Assembly (NCBI GenBank): GCA_964016885.1
Contig: OZ024755.1
Span: 6,634,001 to 6,698,000, forward strand
Direction of reading: 5' to 3'
DNA length: 64,000 nucleotides
Source of the DNA: Eledone cirrhosa
Lineage: Eukaryota
Shown: piece by piece, positions 13,335 through 27,147 of the stretch
Position numbering within the stretch: position 1 is the stretch's first letter
Layout of the letters: each line of letters opens with the position of its first letter
The notes under the pieces: model-generated
Databases searched by the model: none
What the model was told of the DNA's origin: nothing
Seen by the model: the letters and a program-made list of their open reading frames with translations, nothing else
Program-made: the position numbers and the translations under genes

Positions 13335-13530
13335 AGGTGGTGAATTGACAGTATCGGTAGAGAGGGTCGGACGCCATGCTTTGACGTATAGAGTTACGAC
13401 CCTTGCCATTCTGAGTTCAAATCCCGTCGAGGTTAACTTTGCCTTTCATCCTTACGGGGTCAATAAAATAAAGTACCAGTAATGCACTGGGTAATTGCTG
13501 GCCTTGTGCCAAAGGTAGAAACAATTATTA
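13335..13530 (+). mobile_element. SINE family S1
   Basis: ggtggtgaattgacagtatcggtag...gagttcaaatcccgtcgaggttaactttgcctttcatccttacggggtc...ggccttgtgccaaaggtagaaacaattatt. Confidence 0.85.
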
Positions 13531-13593
13531 ACTATTGTAGATATGTACAGTCTTAACGTTATATTTATATATATATGCATATATATATGTACA

Positions 13594-13677
<84 letters not shown>

Positions 13678-13963
13678 ACGAAAATATATGGCGAAAATAT
13701 ATAACGAAAATATATTTCTTCTCCATAGAAGAAATATATGGCGAACTATCACGTCGGGTATATTGGAATAGTAATGTAACAGCCTTGAAATTTAAGCAAT
13801 TCATTGAACCATGAAAAACATTGAAATTATTCCAAACATTACAACATTACACAATACTACTCCTTCTCGCTAATGTCTTCAATTGTAATTGTATTTCATT
13901 GCTATAATCAGAGCTCTACAAAATTGTGATTGTGCATCTATTTTAGTTATTTTTTATCACAAT

Positions 13964-13994
<31 letters not shown>

Positions 13995-13998
<4 letters not shown>

Positions 13999-14084
13999 AA
14001 ATAATGAATAAAACAATGAAACAGTTCCTTATATTAAATATTTAATATAAGGAACTGTTTCATTGTTTTATTCATTATTTTTTT
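13995..14084. repeat. Perfect 90-bp palindrome (no loop)
   Basis: Centre between 14039 and 14040; arms aaaaaaataatgaataaaacaatgaaacagttccttatattaaat / atttaatataaggaactgtttcattgttttattcattattttttt. Confidence 0.9.
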
Positions 14085-14223
14085 AATATTCTATCTTGAC
14101 TCTGTATTCCGTTTATCTTTCACCGAAAGTTTTTTGAATGCATCTCTTCTTTCCATGATATCCGGATTACATTGAGTTCTTCATACGGATTGGACACTGC
14201 CGTAAACTCTTGGTAGATTTATC

Positions 14224-14284
<61 letters not shown>

Positions 14285-14287
<3 letters not shown>

Positions 14288-14417
14288 AGGTTCAATCGCG
14301 GGTAACCACAGTAGGTAAGGTACTCAATACAATACAGAGTATACATATTTAATATAGAAAACCTTCTACAGGACTACAGGACTAGAAGTGTTTCATTCGT
14401 GAGAAATCATCAGGAAC
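14285..14417 (-). mobile_element. Family B PLE-like pLTR with hammerhead (14364-14417)
   Basis: Minus strand gttc-CTGATGA-tttctcacgaat-GAAACA...CTGTA, with an 8-bp duplication at the cleavage site. Then ATTAAA, TTGAGTAC and (TA)n. Homologous to 17462-17597. Confidence 0.75.
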
Positions 14418-14511
14418 TGTTGAGTACATATACATATGTACTCAACAATAAACTGGTTGCTGTAATGTTTAGAACCGGCCACCCTTTGACTTACTGTACT
14501 TCTGTGGAAGC

Positions 14512-14559
<48 letters not shown>

Positions 14560-14703
14560 AATAATTGAATATTTATTTAACTGCTCTGTAAAACAACTGA
14601 TGTTCATACATTGAGCTATTTCTCTTACTGGTAATAAGGTAATTAAGAAATTACTGACCTTCCTGTTTATAGTTGTTTATACTATATACATAACTATAAA
14701 TAG

Positions 14704-14765
<62 letters not shown>

Positions 14766-15971
14766 CTATATATATATATATATATATAATACTATATATA
14801 TATATATATATAATACTATATATATATATATATAATACTATATATATATATAATACTATATATATATATATATATAATACTATATATATATATAATACTA
14901 TATATATATATACATGTATATGTATGTATGTATGTATGTATGAATGGTAAAGCATTGTTGGTATTTTGGTATTTTCGGTCGGAACAAAAATGGGTTATTC
15001 AGGGCTTTCAGTCTAGCTTAACAATACGCAATTTGCAATACACAAATATTACTTATTTGGGGAACAAAAAGAATAAAAAAGAAACTGTGCAAAAAATAAG
15101 CCGTCTATATAAAGTATATAAATATCTAAAAGACGAAAATGGCGGCCGACAATCCTTTCTCCTTCGTCCGTGATATAGTTTGGTTAGGATGAAACTCACA
15201 AAACAAATATGGAAACAAAGGGAGCCCAGTGGTGTATATATCTTAAAGAACTATTTGATGTAGCCTATTTTGAGAATACACGTCTGATTAGAGCTTCGAA
15301 ATCTCCTTTCATTCTTTTCTCAATCACTATATTTTTCTCTCCAGCTTGTCCATTTTGTATTTATTGGTTCTACGTTTTTTTCTATCTATATACGCCAGCC
15401 TGTCTCACCACCTCTTCGGTCGTATATTATACATATATATATACATACAAATATACATACATAGATACATACAAGTATACATACATATATACATACATAC
15501 ATATATACATACATATATATATATACATATACATACATATATACATATATATACACACATGTACAGATACTAAGCATATACACATGCACACATACAACTC
15601 AAAAACATACACATCCACACATACAATAACATCCATATCTACACATGCATGCATGCAGACATGCATACATATCTACCTAGTTGATGTTGTGTAAATTCCA
15701 ATGAGAGAGTCTTGTGTTTATGTTAGAAACGGACTCTCTTTCTATTGGCAAAAATTTGTGAAATTATAAAACCAGAGGAACATACATATATACATACATA
15801 CAAATATACATACATATATATACATATATACATATATACATATATACATACATACAAATATACATACATATATATACATATATACATATATACATATATA
15901 CATATATACATATATATACATATATACATATATACATATATACATATATACAAAGAAAACATACATACATA

Positions 15972-16690
15972 TTGGTGATGGCTATGGTAATGGTGATGGT
16001 GATGGTGGTGGTGATGGTGATGGTGATGGTGATGGTGATGGTGGTGGTGATGGTGGTGGCTATGGTGATGGTGATGGTGGTGACTATGATGGTGGCTATG
16101 GTGATGGTGATGGTGATGGTGGTGGTGATGGTGATGGTGATGGTGATGGTGGTGACTATGATGGTGGCTATGGTGATGGTGATGGTGATGGTGATGGTGA
16201 TGGTGGTGGCTATGGTGATGGTGATGGTGGTGGTGGTGGCTATGGTGACGGTGATGGTGGTGACTATGATGGTGGCTATGGTGATGGTGATGGTGATGGT
16301 GGTGGCTATGGTGATGGTGATGGTGATGGTGGTGGTGATGGTGATGGTGATGGTGATGGTGGTGACTATGATGGTGGCTATGGTGATGGTGATGGTGATG
16401 GTGATGGTGGCTATGGTGATGGTGATGGTGATGGTGGTGGCTATGGTGATGGTGATGGTGGTGGTGATGGTGATGGTGGTGGCTATGGTGATGGTGATGG
16501 TGGTGATGGTGGTGGCTATGGTGATGGTGGTGGTGATGGTGGTGGCTATGGTGATGGTGGTGGTGATGGTGGTGGCTATGGTGATGGTGATGGTGGTGAT
16601 GGTGGTGGCTATGGTGATGGTGATGGTGGTGATGGTGGTGGCTATGGTGATGGTGGTGGTGATGGTGGTGGCTATGGTGATGGTGATGGT
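15972..16690. repeat. Compound (GGT/GAT/GCT/ACT) trinucleotide array
   Basis: GTGATG units with recurring GCTATG and ACTATG variants. Confidence 0.95.
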
Positions 16691-16834
16691 TTGTGCTTTA
16701 TAAAGCTGAATGAATCTCAATCTTTCCCAGCGTCATAAAATCGGATTATCTTCTACTTATTACTAGCAAAATCAAAATGTCTGCCATAGTTATGGCTGAC
16801 GTCATCATCGAAGTTGTTATGGTCGTCATTTTTC

Positions 16835-17098
16835 TTGTTATTGTTGTCGTTTTGGCTGTTGTTATTGTTGTTGTTGCTGTTGTTGTAGTTGCTGCTGTTA
16901 TTATTGTTGTTGTTGCTGTTGTTGTAGTCGTCGTCGTAGTTGATGTTATTATTGTTGTTGTTGTTGTTGTTGCTGCTGTAGTCGTTGTAGTTGTTGCTGT
17001 TGTTATTATTGTTGTTATTGTTGTTGCTGTCGTCGTCATAGTTGTTGTTGTTATTGTTATTATTGCTGTTGTTGTTGTTGTTATTGTTGCTGTTGTTT
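16835..17098. repeat. (GTT)n-rich degenerate microsatellite
   Basis: Direct reading. Confidence 0.95.
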
Positions 17099-17393
17099 AG
17101 TGAATTTATTTTATTCGCGTATTTTCTTTGTTTAGCTAAATAATAGAGTTTTGAAAGGTCTCTGATTTGCCGCGATTAAATCTGTTTCTTGATCTAACCC
17201 CAGCAGGATAATCTCCCTGCACTAGTTTCGCCCTCTAAGTAGTTCTCCATCTATAGAATTCTTTATATACCATCGATTCTCTCTAGAGTTCTAGACTTCT
17301 AGCAGCTCTTCTCTTTTGAAATGCATAGAAAGAACACATGGACCCGCACACACACACATACGCATATACACACACACACATACATATATACAC

Positions 17394-17449
<56 letters not shown>

Positions 17450-17461
17450 GTGTATATATGT

Positions 17462-17644
17462 TTACCCCGGGTTCAATCGGGGGTAACCACAGTAATAAGG
17501 TACTCAATACAAAGCAGAGTATAAATATTTAATATAGAGAAGGCTTCTACAGGACTAGAACTGTTTCATTCCATTCGGGAGAAATCATCAGGAATCCCTG
17601 ATGATGTCTCCCGAATGAAACAGTTCTAATCCTGTAGAAGCCTT

Positions 17645-17650
<6 letters not shown>
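17462..17650. mobile_element. Family B fold-back element with two divergently oriented hammerhead cores
   Basis: Minus-strand hammerhead 17542-17597 (stem I GGATTC/GAAGCC, one mismatch) is back-to-back with a plus-strand core CTGATGA 17598-17604...GAAACAG...CTGTA 17636. TA tracts on both sides. Confidence 0.8.
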
Positions 17651-17688
<38 letters not shown>

Positions 17689-17737
17689 GATTCCTGATGA
17701 TTTCTAATGAATGAAACAGTTCTAGTCCTGTAGAATC
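17689..17737 (+). ncRNA. Type I hammerhead ribozyme (family B)
   Basis: GATTC-CTGATGA-t TTC taat GAA t-GAAA-CAG ttctagtc CTG-TA-GAATC: 5-bp stem I, stem III ACAG/CTGT, triplet GUA (after 17732). Confidence 0.75.
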
Positions 17738-18639
17738 TCATCTATATATATACTGTATATATATATATACAACTATATATACCTACAAGTACTCTCAGGT
17801 CTTGATTAATCCACCCCACTTATTAATTTTGGGGGATTTTTCCTCCACCTTTCCCCACCCTGCTTTTATTCCAACTCCTGATGGAATTGTAGGGGTGCTG
17901 TAGTGTCTTATGGCATGTCATCAGTATTTTGAAATTAGGCACGTTAGACTTTTTCCACGTTAGACTTTTCTAACGACTCTACATTCTAGCTGACGTTCTA
18001 ACGACTCTACCAATTCGCCGCCTTTTGTTTACTTTACATTCATTAAAATACGTAACTTATGAATTACATTATTGAAGAACCTATAATTTCGACCATACAA
18101 CATATTATGGTCATTCTACAAGCCTCAATACATCCGTTTTGGCTATAACCTCAGCCATGAGAAAATTGATCAGCTTTAGTAAAGACATCCGGAAAACCTC
18201 ATCAAAGTGTTTCATTGTTGCAAAAGAGAAATCTTCATTCTGAGAGCAATTATTTCTATTGTAGAAAGTACTATCATTGCTGCATTGTCCAACTTTGTGT
18301 AGTACCACGATATGATTTACCTATCTCACTGCTATATAATATCTTTGGTATAAACTACATGTATTTTTTTTATTGAACATTGACTGACAAATATTATCTT
18401 AGAGCTACATAGCGTTATATGGCACGTCACCAAATTAAATTGAATTTCAAACCAATACTGGGGGCAATACAGGGATTTTGAACACTCTAAGATCGATAAA
18501 ATACGTACTAATGATGTATTTCAGTAATTTCAATCGATCATACTATCCTCTTGATAAGGTTGAGTTTCTTGCAGAAAAAAAAGTTTTGTTCCTAAGAATT
18601 GATCTTTGTGTTTAGAGTGCTGAAATAAAAAAAAGATTA

Positions 18640-19110
18640 GACTAAAGAGAAAGTTATTTGAAAAAATGTCTAAGAGACTAACATCAAGAAGAATTAGTAT
18701 CAGAAAGCGAAAAAAAAGATTATTAAAATGGTCTACTCTAATATATGGAGCCAAATCAACAAAAGAATTATCAAATAGATTAGAAGACTTCAAGACGTGT
18801 GCATATAGAAGATATTTGAGTTTATCTTGGGCAGAAGATAATGTACTGAAAATGACAAAATCGAAAGGAAATTATTAGATATCATCAAAGAGAGAAAATC
18901 AAAATATTTTAGACACTTAATTAGGGAAGAATGGTCTTCAGATTCTTTTGATAGAAAGTAAAATGAATTGGAAAGGTTGAAGAGGATTATACGGATGGTT
19001 ATCGTCAAGAATTAGACATGCTAAAAATAGAGAGAATATATAAGGCTAGCACAAGAAAGACAGAGATGGTGACCCCTGGATTTCAACTAGTAAAACGCAG
19101 ATAATACCTT
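18640..19110 (+). mobile_element. Degenerate LINE (RTE-like) ORF2 C-terminal fragment
   Basis: KMSKRLTSRRISIRKRKKRLLKWSTLIYGAK...NRLEDFKTCAYRRYLSLSW matches the RTE post-RT pattern 'S.LLYG.E.W...LEAFE..CYRR.L.ISW'. Frameshifts downstream (LDIIKERKSKYFRHLIR). Confidence 0.8.
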
Positions 19111-19189
19111 ACAACAAAACGAAAAGACCAAAATATAGTTTTTAAATAATTGGAAGACTAAATATAGAATATTGGAATGGGCATCCGTC

Positions 19190-19497
19190 AGTTTTGACGA
19201 TGATTGTTCCAGTTTTCTGTATCTGTCAACAGAACCGTCTTCCCCTGAAGTTAATGTATAAGTGCCAGAGAATTCCACTAACACGTGTACCAATAACGTA
19301 ATTCTTCGAGAAATTAAGCGTGACACTACATATGCCAAGATTGGTTACTTGATTATATGCTCTACTCATTTTTCCAAACTGAGAGAACTGTAAAATAAAG
19401 TGTCTTGCTCAAAGATAGAACGTGACGCCCCAATCGAAATCACGATCCTAAGATCATAAACCCAACACCCTAACACCTGAGCTACTTGCATTCACAC
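19190..19497 (-). mobile_element. SINE family S2, degenerate
   Basis: ggcatccgtcagttttgacgatga...ataaagtgtcttgctcaaaga...cctaacacctgagc...ttcac. Confidence 0.7.
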
Positions 19498-20678
19498 ATC
19501 AATAATATTCAAAATGGTGAGAAGAGATGATACCTTACAGCGCGGTAAAGACACCAAAATAACTAGGTTTCTACTAGCTTACTATGTATTGAATATAAAG
19601 AGAAAATGAAATTGGAGCAGTTGTGTAAATATATATATGCTCTTGACAAAATCGTGTCCAATCATTTTTAGAACGAGGAAAATTATTTTGGCACAATTTG
19701 TATCTAAATTCAAAAAGATGTTTTCTGAAATACTTTACGCATCTGGTTCTTGGATACAAAACTCTGTGTTTTAATGTGTTTATAATTTATCTAAAAAAAT
19801 CTACCCTCATAGTTATATGCAGGAAATGTTTCTTAAGTTTTATTTTATCGAACAATAAATAATGTTGGAAATAATTTGAAAATTATAGACAGTATCTTAC
19901 ATTATAAATATAAAAAGGAAAAATATAATCCATATACTGGCATCTCCATCCTCAAATGGTACAATCGGTCTTGAGTCAAGACAAAAGAATCAGTATGTTT
20001 CATTTCGATCGATAAACCTATTTGCTTTTATTTCCTATAAACTTAAAATCCAAATATTAACTTACATTCTGACAGCTAATGGTTCTAGATACTTTCGTTG
20101 CTGAGAGTAACCTGAAAAACAAAGAAACATAAAGCGTAAAACGTAGATTTTACAGGAGAGGAAAAAACTAATATATCATTTGGTTCTTGAATTTGTTCAT
20201 ACAACACGTTCAAATATATTCATAATCCACACATACACACATTACTACACCGGCATACATGCACGCGTAGACACAAAACTGTGTATATATACAGATAAAT
20301 ATAGATAAATAAATACATATACGTATATATATACATATATATATGTATAAATTCGTACAGATATATTTATATACACATAAGTACATTTATATTTGTAAAC
20401 GAAGTTCTTTATATGTATATATATATACATATATATATATATTGGTGTGTCCACATTTTTGTGGGTACTTTACCAGATTCTCTCAACCATTACATACAAT
20501 GATCGACTATTGCTATTATATTCATTTAATTTGAGACGACTACATTTCAAATCTGTTTATCTAACAATATATATGTAGGTGCATGCGTATATATACATAT
20601 AAACATACGTATATACAAATATATATACACACGTATATAAATATGAATATATATGTCTGTATATATATATACATATAC

Positions 20679-20738
<60 letters not shown>

Positions 20739-21312
20739 GCATGCATCACATTGCAATAGTCGTCGTAGTAGTTTAAATGGTGAGATCCTAAACATTTGGA
20801 AAGGAATCGCTCCGAAGATTTGTGTCGCCATGTTTTTATTGACAAAAGCTTGTGGTATTTTCGTATTTCGTCGTTTGTTTCTGTTTTTATACACCCCACC
20901 GTCCGACATCAAATATTAACTTAAATTTCCACTACTTAATGTCACATTATAAATTGAGTAGCTGGTGCTTATTTTGTTGGGTTTTTTTCACTATATTTAA
21001 TCGCCTTGATTAGTTACGTTGCTGGGTCTATGTTTGTATGCCCATGCATGTGTGTGTATGTGTTTGTGTGTGTGTGTGTGTGTGTGTGCGTGTGTGTGTG
21101 TGTGCCTGCGTGTGTGTGTATGAACACTTTTAAACGTATGTGTATTTAGTTGATTGGGTATGCATCTTCTGTCTGCGCTTTGCGTATATATTATTGCATG
21201 ATGCATGCTTCAGGAAAGCAAATGAAGTGGTTGCCTATACGTGAGAATATACGCAGAAATATACACACATAGATATACACATATACACACATATATATAG
21301 TATAAGTATACG

Positions 21313-21343
<31 letters not shown>

Positions 21344-21365
21344 ACATGAGCACGCATTTATACAT

Positions 21366-21408
<43 letters not shown>

Positions 21409-21443
21409 CACAAGAGCACGCATTTATACATACACACACACAT

Positions 21444-21531
<88 letters not shown>

Positions 21532-21749
21532 CGTATGTGTGTGTGTTTGCGTGTGTGCGTATTTGTGTGCCTGTATATATATGTATATTATATAAATATT
21601 TGTTGTTTCGGCACATAAAAAATATAGTCGGCAAATATTTACTGATTATCGAATTTGTAATTTATCTGAAGGATTGTTACTAAAAGGTAATTAAGCTTAT
21701 CAATTTTACCATATCTGTATATTATTACTATTGTTATTATCATTATTAA

Positions 21750-21925
21750 TGGTGGAGGATTGGCAGTATCGGTAGAGGGTCGGACACCATGCTTTGCAGC
21801 TTAGAGTTACAGCCCTTTACGGTCTGAGTTCAAATCTCGCCGAGGTGAGCTTTGCCTTTCATACTTACGGGGTCGATAAAATAAAGCACCAGTAATGCAC
21901 TGGGGTCGATTTAATCGACTTTCCC
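21750..21925 (+). mobile_element. SINE family S1
   Basis: Matches the S1 copies in the window. Confidence 0.85.
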
Positions 21926-23037
21926 ACTATCACTGTTACTGCCGTCTCTCACGCTTTCTACATCTCTCACTGTTATGAGCAAATGGGGGCCCATAGGTTG
22001 GCCTACTCGCGGCCCCGGTGGACAAAATAAGGAAGTCGTTCCCCCGGAGTATAATAAGGAAGGTGACAGTTTGGTACAATGTGTTATATGCTGTTTTAGA
22101 TGTTTTATTCGATGCTAGTTCTCTACCTTTCAATTGTCTGTTAAAAGACAACTCTAGAGAATTACTTCTTTCATTTTTCAGAGATCGATAACACAAGACC
22201 CAGTAAGCTATCGTGGTCGATTAAATCAATTAGATCCAATTTTTTCAGAAAGAAAATTGTATTTTGTCTAGTCAGAAAAACTAATTAAATAGTGCGATGA
22301 ATTAATTAAAACTCGTCTACTTTAATATAATTCTACATGGAACAAACGAAAGTCACGAAATGAGAAAGAATTCTTTACGTTGCGATTCTTTTACTTTTCT
22401 AAACAACCAAGTCTGTGCGAAATTCTCCTCCATAGATGATGAAACTGGTGCTCGTTTCCAATTTTAGAAGCTTTGCACATATAAATGACAAATGTGTTCT
22501 CCTAAGTATAGGACTCCACTATATCACTTATAAAGCTTTAGGTCAAAGTTTAGACGGAGAAAGTTCCTTTAACTCATCCTATACCAAATTTTCTAATAAG
22601 AATCATTGCTTCCCTGTTTAAATTATGGAAATAAACAAGAATTTGAAGGGGTTTATATTTCTTACGCTCAAACATGCATATTTCCCCAAAGAATATTTAC
22701 ACAAATTCCATTGGCTTCACTTTCTATAACAAAAAGGCAACAAACGCCAACACCATAACCCTCAAAGGTGTAGTCTTTAAGTGGTTAGAAATATTGATGG
22801 CGGAGTTGGAAAAATTATTGTTCCAAAGACAAAACATAGAAGACATGCGAAAATACGAAAAAAGAATCAATGAAAAGAGACAAAACTAGAAGTTTTCAAT
22901 ATATCATGTCTAAAGGAAAGTCAATCCTCATATATATAAACGTCTAAATAATCGCATACATGTACATAGATAGATGGTCTTTTCACATATTCAAATACAA
23001 ATAAGCACTTGTATTACATTTTGGCAGGTGATCACTG

Positions 23038-23085
23038 AGCTGTACTGATGAAGGGTGATACCCAGAAACATTAGTGTCTGCAGTT
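23038..23085 (+). ncRNA. Type I hammerhead ribozyme, GUC site
   Basis: AGCTGTA-CTGATGA-a GGGT gat ACCC a-GAAA-CATTAGTG-TC-TGCAGTT: 7-bp stem I (two G.U), 4-bp stem II, near-palindromic stem III, cleavage after C23078. Confidence 0.8.
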
Positions 23086-23250
23086 CTGTTCGCATGCCAA
23101 CACAAGAGTAAGAATGAAGTGTTCATTCTACTGACATGGCTATAAAATTGAGGCTGCTTTGCATAATTGCAAACGAATCGAATGTTATTATTAATATTCG
23201 AAAAACTCAGATTACATTTATTGTATTCAGCCATGTAGAGCGAAATTTTC

Positions 23251-23286
<36 letters not shown>

Positions 23287-23332
23287 CTCTGCTTCCTCAT
23301 CTCCTACGATACTTATACCCATTATATATATG

Positions 23333-23365
<33 letters not shown>

Positions 23366-23908
23366 ATGTATGTATTTATAAATACATATATATACAAATA
23401 TGTTCCAGCATATGTACGTATGTTCCAAATATATATATATATAGAGAGAGAGAGAGACAGAGAGAGAGATACAATAATGCACATATATGCCCCATGTACC
23501 TGTGCATGTGTAAAAGGATGTTCTTTCCTTTCCAGACACACAAGCATAAATACACACAAACACATACGCACATACGTATATCATATACACACATACGCAC
23601 ATTCACACATTTAAGTAACCAAAAATTCCAAAAAGAAATTCATTAATATATAGATTATTACTCATTATATATTTATGTATGTAATTTGGAAACCATCTTT
23701 AAATAACACATTCAGAATTTCTGGGAACATTTTTCAGCAACATCAAAAGAATATTATGGATAAACATTTTACTTTTAAATTCTATCTTACACAATGGAAA
23801 CTGGGAGAAAAATGAGATTTATTTTTTAAACACCATTATGTTCTTAGCTTTAGCATCTGTGTAAATATGGTCAGAGAAATAAATAAACACACACACACAT
23901 ACACACAA

Positions 23909-23940
<32 letters not shown>

Positions 23941-24294
23941 GCTTCTTTTTTGCTCAATTTTATACTTTGAATGCACCAGGCTCTATGTATTTTTCTTTTA
24001 GATTTTACATCAGAATATTGCATTTTTCGTCATGATTTTAATGCCACCAATATTTAATATATTTATTTTCATTCTTTGATTTATAATACTTTCTTTTACT
24101 AAATTGAATTAAAATTAGCAGAAAATACATTTAAGTATATTTTTAACAAAAGGTTAACATTTATAAAAGTATTTTCAAATTGAATTATATGCTTTAAGTT
24201 AGAGACACAATCTCTCGACTCCTGATGTTTTTCATATATTTGTATGTGTGTGTGTGTATATATATATATGTATATATATATACATATGTATATG

Positions 24295-24370
<76 letters not shown>

Positions 24371-24395
24371 CATTATACATATATATATATGTATG

Positions 24396-24456
<61 letters not shown>

Positions 24457-25003
24457 CACAGAGCAGGTAATCCAGTTAGAGTGCTCTGTATATATAATAT
24501 ATATATATTTATACATATAACGCCAATCATTGTAAGTTTGAACCTAACTGACAACCAAAAACATATATATATGAATAAAGTAATCCCAAATCATAGGAGA
24601 GATTCAAATATCACAGAGAGAGAGATAGGGGGGGGGGGTGAGGTGCAACAGAAATGAAACATAGATTACAGTTTAAAATCTAGTCTAGATAGATGAGAAA
24701 CAAAACGAGGATGTAGTTTATGTTTATGGAACACCCAAATGATTTAGAAGTCGACCTTAAGTAGGAGCAATAACATTAAGAAAGACATGAACGAAGCCAC
24801 ATGATTTTGTTTTGAAAATTTTGAAAGTAGGTTTATAAGTATAAATTTTCAGTAGATTTTTGTAGGTGCCTCTGTGGCCCAACGGTAGGTACTATAGCCG
24901 GCGGTGAACCTGGTCGAGGGGTACAGGTAATCATTTTTTATTTTACATTCCATAGAAAAAACTGAAAAGGTTACTGGGAACCCTACTCCCGACCAGGATC
25001 GAA

Positions 25004-25102
<99 letters not shown>

Positions 25103-25440
25103 TTAGACCTTTATATGCGTTCTGTCTGGATTTGTTAGCGGTTGTGCGAAAAGTAATGTTTCATTGCTATAGTACTAAGCTGTATTTATTGTTTCAAACT
25201 TCTAGAAGCTTCTGAATAATTTTACACTACATTTAGCTTGGTGATATCCGGACAGGAATAACTATCTTCTTTTACATAATATTCTTTCAAAGAGAATCTC
25301 CCCTCTTATGTTCTCTGTTTTTCTATTCTCTCGTGTGTTGTGGTTCTTGTAGCAATTATATCTATCTCTTACCTTTTCATTAATGTCATGATTATCATTG
25401 TAAATATTCTATAAATATGTTATTAATATTATTATTATTA

Positions 25441-25472
<32 letters not shown>

Positions 25473-25732
25473 GTTATTATTATTATTATATCTTCATCAT
25501 CAACATCATCAACAGCAACATTATCATGATTATTGTTGTTATTATTATTAGTGTTGTTATTGTAGTTGTTGTGGTGGTTGTTGTTGATATTGTTTATTTG
25601 ACTCACTCAGACGTGCAAAACAAAGCTGTATGAATTTTTGGCTAAGTAATTACCTCCATTGTATGTAACTTAGGTTTCATTGTTTCAGTGTATATATATA
25701 TACATACACACACACACATATATATACACACA

Positions 25733-25867
<135 letters not shown>

Positions 25868-25912
25868 ATATATATACACACACACACATATATATATATG
25901 TATAAATATATG

Positions 25913-25972
<60 letters not shown>

Positions 25973-26262
25973 GCACATACACACACTCATATATATATAT
26001 ATATAGCGCTTTTTAGTGACCGCGAGGCGACGAGTGTTGCTTTTTTTGTTTTCTTTAGTGTGTATGGAACGTCTTCCTTTTTGGGAAGATATTTTGAACT
26101 TGCTGACAATAAAAACAATGCTATTTTAGTAGTATGTATTGAAGTAATTGTTGAAACAGCGTCTTACAAAGAGATTTGCAATATTTCTTTATTGGATGAC
26201 GGTTGTAAAGAAATATTTGGAAACGATGGCAATCGTATGTTGAATAACGACGAATAACATTA

Positions 26263-26522
26263 ACATAATTAGAAACGATCTTTAAAAATTATAACAAACA
26301 TTATTTGCAAATGATCTTTAAAAATTATAACATAAACATTATTTGCAAATGATCTTTAAAAATTATAACATAAACATTATTTGCAAATGATCTTTAAAAA
26401 TTATAACATAAACATTATTTACAAACAATCTTTAAACATTATAACATAAACATTATTTACAAACAATCTTTAAACATTATAACATAAACATTAATTAGAA
26501 ACGATCTTTAAAAATTATAACA
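26263..26522. repeat. 38-bp AT-rich minisatellite, ~7 copies
   Basis: Unit ~ataacataaacattatttgcaaatgatctttaaaaatt recurs at 38-bp spacing (26301, 26339, 26377, 26415, 26453, 26491). Confidence 0.9.
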
Positions 26523-26706
26523 CCATCAATTTTATTGCTTTCAGATTTTGACTAAAGTCCTGTAATCTTCGAATTTTTACTGGAGTGGAGAGTCAATTAA
26601 ATCTAGATACTTTATTTTGTATACATCAAAAAGATGAAAGTCTATATCCAGCGTAAAAGTCATATATGGTCATTGGTTTTTCCTTGTTAACGTAATATAT
26701 ATATAC

Positions 26707-26906
26707 ATAGGAAAAGAGTCAGGACACCGACGGGTGAGCTCCGGCTGTTTCGACAGCTAGATCTGAACAGCAGATCTAGCTATCAAAACGGCCGGAGCTC
26801 AGTCGTCGGGGTCCTGACTCATTTCCTATTACCCACTCTGCTAGCCTAAGTATCGAGTACTCTGGTGCGTTTTGGTCCCCCTGGTTCCTTACTACACTTA
26901 CTTCGT

Positions 26907-26908
<2 letters not shown>
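26707..26908 (+). mobile_element. Family D fold-back element
   Basis: Inverted arms 26707-26765 / 26771-26829, then tail with TCGAGTAC (26853) and (TA)n. Confidence 0.8.
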
Positions 26909-26981
<73 letters not shown>

Positions 26982-26987
26982 CTTTTC

Positions 26988-27020
<33 letters not shown>

Positions 27021-27147
27021 TATAAATATTTTCATATATATATATGTATATATATATATGTAGGAGGTGAGTTTTATTGTAGCACAATAAAGCAATGCAG
27101 ATTTTTTCCCAATCTCATATCCATATGAGCTTCATATCATGTCTCCC

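Noticed and set aside
15764-17100. Long MV-, TI- and V-rich ORFs (243-318 aa)
   Set aside because: Pure trinucleotide arrays open in several frames and on both strands; no splice or domain context.
17870-17950. CTGATGG...TGAAA region, and a similar one at 37750-37806 (-)
   Set aside because: Core or stems too degenerate to call; may be decayed pLTRs but not supportable.
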